Assembly: GCA_964619885.1 (NCBI GenBank)
Contig: CAZUGA010000011.1
Location: 38,441-102,440, forward strand
DNA: 64,000 bases
Reading direction: 5' to 3'
Source of the DNA: an uncultured Methylococcaceae bacterium
GTDB lineage: Bacteria; Pseudomonadota; Gammaproteobacteria; Methylococcales; UBA1147
The notes under the pieces are model-generated. The model saw only the letters and a program-made list of their open reading frames with translations. It was not told where the DNA came from and did not search any database. A program made the position numbers and the translations under genes. Position 1 is the stretch's first letter, and each line of letters begins with the position of its first letter. This document shows, piece after piece, positions 22,517 to 31,190 of this stretch.

Positions 22517-22803
22517 CTCCCAGGAAGCAAAATTTAAACACTAATGACAAACATAAAGCGATAAGCCATCAAATTCCTCATGATTCAAAACTTCAGCACA
22601 ACGACGGCAAAAACGATGTTTCGCTATTTAAGACCTTTATCAGTGTTTTATCCGCCGGGCTTGGTGTCCAAACAAATGAGATTCGATGTCGAGATTTTAA
22701 GCACGGGTCACCCAAGCTATTTCTACTAGCAGGCTTGATTTCTACATTAGCTTTTGTAGCATTACTGGTTCTACTGGTTAACCTAGCGATACAGCATTTA
22801 TAA
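22513..22803 (+). CDS. DUF2970-like small membrane protein
   Basis: FISVLSAGLGVQTNEIRCRDFKHGSPKLFLLAGLI plus a C-terminal TM matches my recollection of the DUF2970 pattern. Confidence 0.55.
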   Translation: MTPRKQNLNTNDKHKAISHQIPHDSKLQHNDGKNDVSLFKTFISVLSAGLGVQTNEIRCRDFKHGSPKLFLLAGLISTLAFVALLVLLVNLAIQHL

Positions 22804-23047
22804 AACCTCAGAAACCCATAAAAACCACTGAAAATTATGAGGATGGTAATAAAGATTTTGAGTAAGCAGGACTTTAAGTAAACGATGCAAAATCGACAAG
22901 TCTACCTCATCACAACAGAGTGAAACTGCAGGTCTGTATATTGACATTAAACGGATTACCGGTATACTCTCTGCCGCATAGTGGTGATTGATTCTATCGC
23001 TATCAAAAGAATTTCAACTATTTTTTAAACAAAAAAAGGTACGCAAA

Positions 23048-23176
23048 ATGGGAGCTATTTTAGACGGGGTTGAAGCCCTAAAAGACCCAGTTAACGCAGT
23101 TATATTTGTTGCTGTACTCGTTGGCGGTTGGTTCTTGTTCAAATGGACAATGAAAGACGACGACGATCAAGAGTAA
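23048..23176 (+). CDS. Possible 42-aa single-TM peptide with an acidic tail (DDDDQE)
   Basis: Internal ATG of ORF 22988..23176 with aaagg 10 nt upstream. There is only ORF-level support. Confidence 0.3.
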   Translation: MGAILDGVEALKDPVNAVIFVAVLVGGWFLFKWTMKDDDDQE

Positions 23177-23459
23177 GTCTTTACGAAGCCACATGTGGAA
23201 TAACGATTTCAATCTTTGCAAGAGAATAAAAATCGGCCACATGTGGTAAAAGTCCGCCCCATCAGTCTTATGCGTATCAGCCCCATCCCCAGCGCACAAC
23301 AATCAAAACGTTGAACCCCAAGTAAAAATCGGATTATCCGTTTCTGTGCTCAGCAGTATGGATTAGTCGGCCCGTCTACCGTTTCAGCCTATTCGATTTC
23401 AAGCGAGTCGCAATCCACTCAAAGCGACAATCCACACAATCTGCCCCCCATTCTCTATC

Positions 23460-25364
23460 ATGAACAAGCGAATACTTAGCTTAATTGAGCGCGGCCTAGA
23501 GAAAAAAATTTCCGGTACTGGACTGGGTGTATTTCGCATCTGTTTTGGCCTAGTCATCATCCAAGAGATCATATTCTTATATTATTTCAGACATCTGATT
23601 TTTGACGATATACCTTATATTGATTCCGCCACACCGCATATAGATATTGCGTTAATCTCCTGGGCTATCGTCTCTATTATGTTGACGATTGGATTTCATA
23701 CCCGCTTAAACGCAATACTGAATTACCTCTTTTGGGTCGCCTTTCTAATTTTTACACCCATGTGGCATGATTTCGACGGCGGATTTGACCAGCTGATGAC
23801 GAGCAGCAGCTTTTTACTAATTTTTCTACCCGCCGGCAACAACATCTCGATCGACAGCTTAAGACTAAAACTCAACGGGACTATACAGCATACGCTGCTC
23901 ACCACTAACAAAGTACCAGTTCTTAGTTATTACGCACCCCTAGCGATCTCACTCGGCCTTTTATATTTCGACGCCGCGCTACATAAACTTTTTTCCGAAT
24001 TTTGGCGAAACGGACTCGGCACATGGTTGCCGTCAACAATGCCGTATTATATTTCTGCATTGGACATGGGCTGGCTACTAAATATCAAATGGCTACAAAT
24101 GACATTTGGATATTCGTTAATATTATTCCAATTTTGCTTTGTTTTTCTCTGTTATTTTAAGAAGTTTCGTATACCCCTCCTGATCATCGGTATTATTTTC
24201 CATATTGGCATCATTCTTTCTTTGAACATCTATCCCTTTGGATTCGGAATGTTGGTGCACTATACATTGTTAGTACCTATTTCCTGGTGGCCCCGGATTA
24301 AAAAAGCTATTTCCGTCCGATCGAACCGCACCAACTTGTATTTTGATCCACAGTCTCCACCGGCATGGCGATTTGCCATCATAGTCAAACATTTCGATAT
24401 ACTAAATTCATTTGATTTACACCCTATAGAACACAAAAAGCATGAACCCGAACAATCCAGGTTTTGCGCCGATACGCTCTATATATTGGATGATAAAGGC
24501 ATCAAACGTAGGGATTCCCAGGCTTTGATCTCGATCCTTTACCAAATGCGTTATACGGCGCCAATAGGGCTATTATTCAGATTTCCGATATTCAATTTCC
24601 TTATCCGAAAAATTTACGATAAATCCGAAGCAAATAAACGAATCAGTTCAAAATCCACGTCATTAGTCCATTCGAATAAGCGCTATGCCGAGGAAGACTC
24701 TTTAGCCCAAACAGATACTTTTAATCCGAACAATTTACACCGGCAAGCTCAGTCACTCTATCGATTTTTTGGTGTAATCTTATTGTTACAATTGAACTGT
24801 ACGATCTATTATGGACTTATCTACCGGTTAAATATCGACACTCGAGTTACAGCCTTAACACGAGCGATCACCGATGTAAGCAATATTACAACTTCGCTAT
24901 CCCACACACTATTAGGCATTACACCTCACGCACTATACATGGACGAACACTTTTCAGGCTATAACAGAATCTTAGCGCTCACTTATTTATCTGATGACGG
25001 GCAAGAACGATGGTTACCTTTCGTAAATCAACAAGGAAGATTTATTGCCCCCAATTGGGGCCGAGTTCATTCCATGTGGGCTAATGTAGCGGTACGCCCC
25101 ATCTTTGAAAAAGATCGGCTTTACAAATTCGTTCGAAAAGTCACCGCTTTTTGGGCACCAAAAATGGGCGTTTCGACCAACCATTCCAAATTCTTAATTA
25201 AAATGAAGCGCATATGCGTACCCATGACTTGGCGCCACAATCTCCAGAAACAAAATTTGTCTGGTCAATGGAAAACTATAGGCTCTGTGATTTGGAAAAA
25301 TAACCGAATGCAGATAGATATTCCTAACACGTATTTTTCCGAAAACAATGTATATCGGTGCTAA
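23460..25364 (+). CDS. HTTM-domain membrane protein with an internal cysteine-less DCC/DUF393-like segment
   Basis: The N-terminus GLGVFRICFGLVIIQEI and multi-TM organisation resemble the HTTM family. Residues ~290-400 resemble DCC thiol-disulfide oxidoreductases but read FDPQSPPAW where DCC proteins have FDGxCxxC. Confidence 0.6.
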   Translation: MNKRILSLIERGLEKKISGTGLGVFRICFGLVIIQEIIFLYYFRHLIFDDIPYIDSATPHIDIALISWAIVSIMLTIGFHTRLNAILNYLFWVAFLIFTPMWHDFDGGFDQLMTSSSFLLIFLPAGNNISIDSLRLKLNGTIQHTLLTTNKVPVLSYYAPLAISLGLLYFDAALHKLFSEFWRNGLGTWLPSTMPYYISALDMGWLLNIKWLQMTFGYSLILFQFCFVFLCYFKKFRIPLLIIGIIFHIGIILSLNIYPFGFGMLVHYTLLVPISWWPRIKKAISVRSNRTNLYFDPQSPPAWRFAIIVKHFDILNSFDLHPIEHKKHEPEQSRFCADTLYILDDKGIKRRDSQALISILYQMRYTAPIGLLFRFPIFNFLIRKIYDKSEANKRISSKSTSLVHSNKRYAEEDSLAQTDTFNPNNLHRQAQSLYRFFGVILLLQLNCTIYYGLIYRLNIDTRVTALTRAITDVSNITTSLSHTLLGITPHALYMDEHFSGYNRILALTYLSDDGQERWLPFVNQQGRFIAPNWGRVHSMWANVAVRPIFEKDRLYKFVRKVTAFWAPKMGVSTNHSKFLIKMKRICVPMTWRHNLQKQNLSGQWKTIGSVIWKNNRMQIDIPNTYFSENNVYRC

Positions 25365-25637
25365 ACTCTCTAGCCAATTCAATAATTGAACTTAAGGCCT
25401 GCGCCTAATGCAAACACGGTAAATTAAAAACGTTTGGCTTACAGCTACCATCCCATATTTTAACTTCTGTCAATCACATTTTTGTCTCACTTGTCAGCCA
25501 ATACAATGTTGGCTTTGAACCTCGATGCCGACGAACGTATTGAATTGTTGCAATCTATTCTGAAATTGATTATAACTACAGCGTGCCATAGAGCACAGTA
25601 TTATAAATTCAAATTTTTCTTGATTGAGGAGGATATT

Positions 25638-25808
25638 ATGAAAAAGTTGTTGAGCATCGCTGTAGTTGTAATGCTGACACTAGGTTTTGTCGGATGCGGC
25701 AATTCTCCAGATGGTGACGGACAAAAACCCCATGATGGAGGTCAGTACGGTCAAATGAATAAAAATTATGGCCCAGCTGGTGACGGTAGAGGTAACAGAG
25801 GCGGGTAA
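25638..25808 (+). CDS. Small Gly/Asp-rich lipoprotein (56 aa)
   Basis: Strong RBS gaggagg 6 nt upstream of the ATG. Signal peptide with lipobox LGFVGC. This internal start is preferred over the long ORF 25482..25808. Confidence 0.55.
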   Translation: MKKLLSIAVVVMLTLGFVGCGNSPDGDGQKPHDGGQYGQMNKNYGPAGDGRGNRGG

Positions 25809-26232
25809 TAGTTAGTAAGATCCGAACAGCTAGTTCTCGGGCTAGCTGTCTCTAGTGCGCGCAACTGTTGCGCTATGCTAGCAAGGCAGCAAGCCCGATG
25901 AGCGGCCCGAGTTACCCGTACATCCATTCTACCTCACGTAAAAATTTCATCGTATATTGACGGCTTGTTGAAGTCTTGAAGATGAAACCACAACATGGGT
26001 GGGCCAAAGTGGTGAATTCGTGAAGTGCGTGTAGTGAGGCCGCCTTCGCGACAGACGGACTTGTGCGCCATTAAATCTTACCCGCTCACAACACCTGTCT
26101 CGCGCTAGATTCTGGTTGGTGTTCCAATCAACCGTAGTCTTGGCGCCGCGTACTATTGGATTCCAAAACATAATTTTTTCTTTCTTTATCCCCACCTTTA
26201 TACCCATGCATTCCAAGTTGGGCCACATAGCC

Positions 26233-26251
26233 TAAGAGACAGTTTTAATTC
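26233..26251 (+). repeat. Solo copy of the terminal inverted repeat of the miniature IS at 28948..29467
   Basis: TAAGAGACAGTTTTAATTC here versus TAAGAGACAGTTTTAGTTC at 28948; the flanking gcc is also shared. Confidence 0.5.
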
Positions 26252-27009
26252 GAGGTATTGCCAAGTGGCTGTTCTTCGGCAATTTCTTTACCCTTCATAG
26301 CCCGCCTCTGGCCTTTCTGATTCTATTTTCTGGACCGCAAAAACATCCTAGTTGCTACGTTTCCAGTAGAAAAAATGTGTAGGATGATCACGGAAACAGA
26401 AAAACAATCTCTAAATATCGAAGTACTGCGCGGCCTGTTTGAAAAGACCAATCGTGAGCTATATTGCAGTTTACCCGATACACCTGCTAGACGGAACGCA
26501 CTCGCTAATCCAAATATACAGTGCGAAACGATCGCGCGCAGGACACGCCCGCGGCATAAGTCGCCGGACTTATGGCATTACGCCAACTCCAGCTTTCCAA
26601 GACTGGCTTTTTTCGTGGCATCGATGCCTCAATCCTGCTCCTATCATAGCTTTATAAAAAAATCGGGAATCACGAACAAGCCCGAGCTAAATATAAGTAA
26701 TGGAATCAATTTCGTACTAGACCTTTTCAAACGAGCGGCCTTCCGGCACATCGACAAGCGCACCGGTGGATGACATATTGTAGCGGCTCAACCTTTTGCT
26801 TCATCGGTTTGGCAGATCACACCATATGATTCAACTGCAGAATCACCCCCTCGGATTGAATCGGCAAACAGCCTTTGCAAACACAAAGCACAGTAGCCAG
26901 AACTGAGTATAATACGGCAGCGTAGCGGTTATTAGCTCAATGGCTTTCCGCAAAATTTAAGCGAGGGGAAATTGGCAAGGATTTAAAACGGGCCTCATCA
27001 CTGATTAAA

Positions 27010-27056
27010 TGGTGGCCAGGGACAGAATCGAACTGTCGACACGAGGATTTTCAGTC
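27010..27056 (-). pseudogene. tRNA-Phe(GAA) 3' fragment (anticodon loop through CCA); probable island attachment-site remnant
   Basis: The reverse complement GACTGAAAATCCTCGTGTCGACAGTTCGATTCTGTCCCTGGCCACCA aligns with the 3' 47 nt of bacterial tRNA-Phe. Sequence 5' of it cannot form the anticodon stem, D arm or acceptor stem. Confidence 0.75.
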
Positions 27057-27213
27057 ACAAGCAGAACGTAATAAATTCAATGAGTTACAAGATTTATTTT
27101 AGGTGCTTCTACGAAATCGGGCTAATAGTAACAATAACTTGCGTGCTTATTTTAGGTGGTTTTTTGGGTGACCGTCAGTTCGTTGGTATTTTTACTGGTG
27201 AAATGCCCGGTTT

Positions 27214-27510
27214 TTAGCGATCTTCGCGGGTATGCCAGATTCTCAAGATGACAATTTCTTGTCCGATGATGACATAGCGCAGAATGTATCCGTATCGCCC
27301 AAAGGGTGTAAAAAACTCACAGTCTTCCCTACCCTCTATCCGTGTTCCAATACCCGGATTATCCAGTATAAGCCTTGTCGCCATACGGATTTTTTCGGAA
27401 GACCGCCGCGCGGCATTCGGGTTGTGCGGTTCGATAAATTCCCGAAGCCGAATGAGGTCGCGCCGAGCCGCAGGTGACCAAACAAGGGTCAGTTTTTGAG
27501 TTCCGGGCAT
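27214..27510 (-). CDS. parE: ParE/RelE-superfamily toxin
   Basis: 98 aa. WSPAARRDL...I..FI... and ...VILRIWHTREDR are typical of ParE plasmid-stabilisation toxins. It overlaps the antitoxin stop by 22 nt. Confidence 0.85.
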   Translation of the reverse strand: MPGTQKLTLVWSPAARRDLIRLREFIEPHNPNAARRSSEKIRMATRLILDNPGIGTRIEGREDCEFFTPFGRYGYILRYVIIGQEIVILRIWHTREDR

Positions 27511-27773
27511 GGGCCTTCCTTGTCGCTACCCCACGTCTCAAGCCATGCATCCATGGTTTCGTGGCTGACATATTGGCTTGTGCTTTGATATTCTTCCAAG
27601 GCTTCATCGGCTTCCCGGTTCCTCTTTTCTAACGCCTCTTCCCTGTCCAGAAAATCGGTAATGGCTTTTTTCATGAGCCAGTGGGGTGTCCGGTCCCGGC
27701 GTTCGCCGAGAGACTTCAAACGGGATTTGATCTCTTCATCAAGTTTAACGCCCATCGTTGTCATTTTTGCCAT
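27489..27773 (-). CDS. parD: Ribbon-helix-helix (CopG/ParD-type) antitoxin
   Basis: MGVKLDEEIKSRLKSLGERRDRTPHWLMKKAITDFL is an RHH motif. Three in-frame ATGs (27773, 27764, 27755) are possible starts. Confidence 0.8.
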   Translation of the reverse strand: MAKMTTMGVKLDEEIKSRLKSLGERRDRTPHWLMKKAITDFLDREEALEKRNREADEALEEYQSTSQYVSHETMDAWLETWGSDKEGPCPELKN

Positions 27774-27884
27774 CTTTGTTGCCAAAAGGTTGCACCTGTT
27801 GCTACCATTGTAATGTAATTTCCGGTTCAAGCAAAAGAAAAAAACTTATCTTGACGAATGGGACAAAATGCCAATAGTCTGGAC

Positions 27885-28225
27885 GGCACTGACAAGTTGA
27901 ACACTGCTCAGCCATAATACCGGCATGAAATGTCACTCACAATATCATGGACATCGCTTTCCACCCGAGATCATCAGTTAAGTCGCGCCGCTCCGCCAAG
28001 CGGCTACGCGACATTGAAGACCTGCTGGCCGAACGCCGTATCATCGTTAGTTACGAAACCGTTCGCCAATGGTTTCAGAAATTCGGTCTGAACTACGCCA
28101 AGAAGCTTCGGAATAAGCAAGGCTAACTCGGCGATACCTGGCAAAAGGCGACGTGTGTCAGTTTAAAACAGGGAGTGGTCTAATCTGCCAGATTTTTAAT
28201 CCAACTTCATCAAGTTGACGAAGCC
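27885..28225 (+). mobile_element. IS6-family element remnant (copy C), internally deleted and degenerate
   Basis: It starts with GGCACTG..., like the IS26 inverted repeat. It encodes ..HGHRFPPEIIS.. and ..RDIEDLLAERRIIVSYETVRQWFQKFGLNYAKKLRNKQG*LGDTW joined directly to the C-terminal DTWQKATC. It ends ...CAAGTTGACGAAGCC. Confidence 0.7.
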
Positions 28226-28298
28226 GAAGCCATTAAATGAGATTATAACTTTTATAATCATCAAAAATGCGTGATTGCAAGACCGGGTACCGTTCTCC

Positions 28299-28940
28299 CT
28301 ACACAAATCCAGTTAACAAAACCCCACTATGAACCTTGATAAGGCACCCCACCAAAAGCAACGGATATATTTTTAATGGAGCTATGCGCTGGTATCCCGA
28401 ATAAATCATTACTGCCTCTCCAAGGATCAGTACAAATGGAACCCCCAAATAAACAGGAAAATAATATTTCTGTAAAAAATGATTGTTAGATGCTGAAATT
28501 CCAATACTACCTTTGTGTATTTTTCTAACAAGCATTCCAAAAGAATAAAGTACCATGCCTAATATACTGTATACAAATGCATATACCGTGTCCCAAACAA
28601 ACGGTGATATTGCTATCGAGTCAGGATTATTACTATTTCCCAAAATACCGCCAACTAATCCACGCTCCAACTGTTCCCTTGCAGCGGTTAAAAGATTTCG
28701 ATCATGTTTCGTTTACGGATGGTTTTCGCCATAGTTTTTAATATCACTAGCAAGGGCTTCTTCGGAGTATTCGCACAACGCATACCAGGCATTTCCGAGA
28801 TTATTCCAGTTTTAAACCACACTCGGATGATCAGCCCCATAGGTTTTGAGACGACTGACTAGGGATTTTTCATGGTATTCAATTGCCTTTTCTTAATCCC
28901 CCAGCTGTACCCCGTCAGCCCAAGTTGGACAGATTAGCTT
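28299..28940 (-). pseudogene. TPR (TPR_12-like) protein remnant, 5'-truncated by an IS and carrying three in-frame TAA codons
   Basis: A single minus-strand frame reads ..LGD*EKAIEYHEKSLVSRLKTYGADHPSVV*NWNNLGNAWYALCEYSEEALASDIKNYGENHP*TKH..REQLERGLVGG... It then continues into the hydrophobic ORF 28299..28670. Confidence 0.55.
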
Positions 28941-28947
28941 GATTGCC

Positions 28948-29467
28948 TAAGAGACAGTTTTAGTTCATCGTTAACTCAAAGAGGAAACGATGATGACCAA
29001 GAAAAGCAGCGCAGAAAAAACCGTTCGAGATATCCGTCGGGCCACCCGACGCCATTATTCTGCTGAAGAAAAAATTCGTATCGTATTGGAAGGTCTTCGA
29101 GGTGAACAGAGCATCGCCGAGCTGTGTCGCCGGGAAGGAATCAATACACGTGGGAGACCTTATCATCCACAGACTCAAGGCAAGATCGAACGCTGGCACC
29201 GGTCGATGAAAAACCAGATACTGCTCGAGAATTATTATTTGCCCTGCGAACTACAGGAACAGCTTTTGGGCTTTGTAAATTATTACAATCATGAACGCTA
29301 CCATGAGTCGCTGGAAAACCTGACACCCTCCGATGTGTTTTATGGTCGAGGGCAAGCAATACTCGATCAACGAGAACAGATTAAATTAAACACTTTAGCG
29401 ATGCGAAGAAAAATCCATTACGATAATCAGGCTATTTACGCAACCCGATGAACTGAAGTGTCTCTTA
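28948..29467 (+). mobile_element. Miniature, internally deleted rve-type IS (IS3/IS481-like)
   Basis: ~22-bp imperfect terminal IRs (TAAGAGACAGTTTTAGTTCATCG / reverse complement TAAGAGACACTTCAGTTCATCG). The 153-aa ORF fuses a transposase HTH N-terminus (RRHYSAEEKIRIVLEGLRGEQSIAELCRREGI) to an integrase-core C-terminus (RPYHPQTQGKIERWHRSMK...YNHERYHESL). Confidence 0.6.
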
Positions 29468-29801
29468 AATTAAGACTCGATCTGTCCAAAAGGTTTTGAC
29501 GACGTACAGTTATTGACCCATTTGAGCCTGGCTGCGGAATAGCCGCCAGATTGCTCCTCAACAGTCGTGATCTTTTGCCCCCAATCGTCCGGCTTCGCCT
29601 CAATGACGCCCACGGCTTTTTTATCGACGAACAGCACATAATCGGCGGGCCAACATTAGTCTGGTATTCACGAACGGCAACGCCTAAACCAGCATTGAAA
29701 TTGATCTTCTTGTTGGGTTGTATCTTCCAGCCCGCCAGTTCCAACAAACTATCAATGTTGTCACGGGCTTTTTGTTCAGGTGTTCGGTTTAGCTCAGCCA
29801 T
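29468..29801 (-). pseudogene. Type I restriction enzyme R-subunit (HsdR) N-terminal remnant
   Basis: MAELNRTPEQKARDNIDSLLELAGWKIQ...GLGVAVREYQTNVGP. After a 1-nt frameshift it continues ADYVLFVDKKAVGVIEAKPDDWGQKITTVEEQSGGY.. It is cut off by the IS end at 29467. Confidence 0.55.
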
Positions 29802-30016
29802 GCGCCGAAAATTATTCCCTTATCCCATAACAATCTTGCAAAAGTGTCATGGGGATTAAAATGCGTCAAGATATCACGTTAATAGCCCTTAATTGTAACA
29901 ATAAGTACGGGGGATTAAATTTTTCAATGGAATATCCGGAGGTTGACCGGCAATCCAAATGGACTCAACGCGACTAATAACGAGAATGTCGAATTCATAA
30001 GACATACCGGAGACAT

Positions 30017-31183
30017 CTAATATCTCAAAGGTTCCGTACCCTTGCTCAAAATATCCAGATATTCCCTGTAAACAAAAATCTTATGACGTTCCTTACCAGT
30101 GATTTCTTCAATTATTCCCAGTTTTTCCAGGCTGGCTAGCGAACGCAGAACCGTAGGCAAAGACAGATCGCACGTATCCTTTATCCGGGTCGTATTCGAA
30201 ATGGGATGATTTTGGAAATAATTATGAATGCTTAATATGGCAGCTGCGGGCTTGCCGTCTTCTTCCATTTTACGCCTGTCCCTGTCAAACAATTTTATGA
30301 TGGCCTGAGCGGTTTCGGTTGCCTGGTTAGCCGTATCGATAACCCCGATCAGAAAAAACCGGACCCAGGCTTCCCAGTCCCCGGTTTCCCGTACGGATTG
30401 CAGATGATCGTAATAAGCCCGCCGGTTGGCTTTGAAATACAGACTTAGATATAAAAGCGGTTGTTTCAAAATCCCTTCCACGCACAAAATAAATGTAATC
30501 AGTAATCGTCCGGCTCGCCCGTTGCCGTCCAGAAACGGGTGGATGGTTTCAAACTGGACATGGGCGTAGGCCGCTTTGATCAGCACGGGAATTTTTACGG
30601 TTTCATCGTGCAAAAATTTTTCAAAACGATCCAGCATCTCCATAAGCCTTTCCGGCGGGGGCGGTACAAAGCTCGCATTTCCCGGACGCAAGCCGCCGAT
30701 CCAGTTTTGAGTCGACCGGAAATTACCGGGCATTTTGTTGCCTCCACGCGCACCGGTCATAAGCTTTTCATGAATTTCCCGGATGAGGCGAAGAGAAAGA
30801 GGAAATTCTTTTAGACGTTCCAAACCGTAATCCATCGCCGCGACATAATTGGAGACCTCCTGCACATCATCCATGGGCGCGCCCGGTGCTTCCCTGGTTT
30901 CAAAAAGCAGGAGATCGGAGAGCGAGGATTGCGTTCCTTCAATCTGGGAGGACAGGACCGCTTCTTTTCGCACATACATATAGAGGAACAAAGACGAGTC
31001 CGGTAAAACCATGCTCATGCCATCCAACCTGCCCAATGCGGTATTGGCACGGTCTAAAAGGGGATAAAGTTCCTCCATGTTTAACGGGGGAATAGGTGGA
31101 AGAGGCTTTGGGATGTAAGCCTTGTAACGCTCTTCTCCCACAGAGCATTGAATGAACTCTCCTATCCGCTGCTTTTGATCCAT
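30017..31183 (-). CDS. Fic-family protein (predicted AMPylase), class II with an N-terminal inhibitory helix and a C-terminal winged HTH
   Basis: Canonical motif HPFLDGNGRAGRLL. Inhibitory motif SSQIEG ([ST]xxxE[GN]) lies upstream in the same chain. The C-terminus LPTVLRSLASLEKLGIIEEITGKERHKIFVY is wHTH-like. Confidence 0.9.
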   Translation of the reverse strand: MDQKQRIGEFIQCSVGEERYKAYIPKPLPPIPPLNMEELYPLLDRANTALGRLDGMSMVLPDSSLFLYMYVRKEAVLSSQIEGTQSSLSDLLLFETREAPGAPMDDVQEVSNYVAAMDYGLERLKEFPLSLRLIREIHEKLMTGARGGNKMPGNFRSTQNWIGGLRPGNASFVPPPPERLMEMLDRFEKFLHDETVKIPVLIKAAYAHVQFETIHPFLDGNGRAGRLLITFILCVEGILKQPLLYLSLYFKANRRAYYDHLQSVRETGDWEAWVRFFLIGVIDTANQATETAQAIIKLFDRDRRKMEEDGKPAAAILSIHNYFQNHPISNTTRIKDTCDLSLPTVLRSLASLEKLGIIEEITGKERHKIFVYREYLDILSKGTEPLRY

Positions 31184-31190
31184 ATCCGTT

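Noticed and set aside
25482-25637. Long N-terminal extension of the small lipoprotein ORF (listed start at 25482)
   Set aside because: The extension has no signal-like features. A strong RBS and a signal peptide with lipobox begin at the internal ATG at 25638.
25826-25873. Two hairpins after the small lipoprotein gene (ACAGCTAG-N8-CTAGCTGT and GCGCAA-ctg-TTGCGC) as rho-independent terminators
   Set aside because: Neither hairpin is followed by a U-tract, so they are not confidently terminators.
25947-26773. ORFs 25947..26228 (-) and 26375..26773 (+) in the gene-poor stretch before the tRNA fragment
   Set aside because: No motif, RBS or family is recognisable, and the region looks like decayed DNA next to a solo IS inverted repeat. 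They are left unannotated rather than called as genes.
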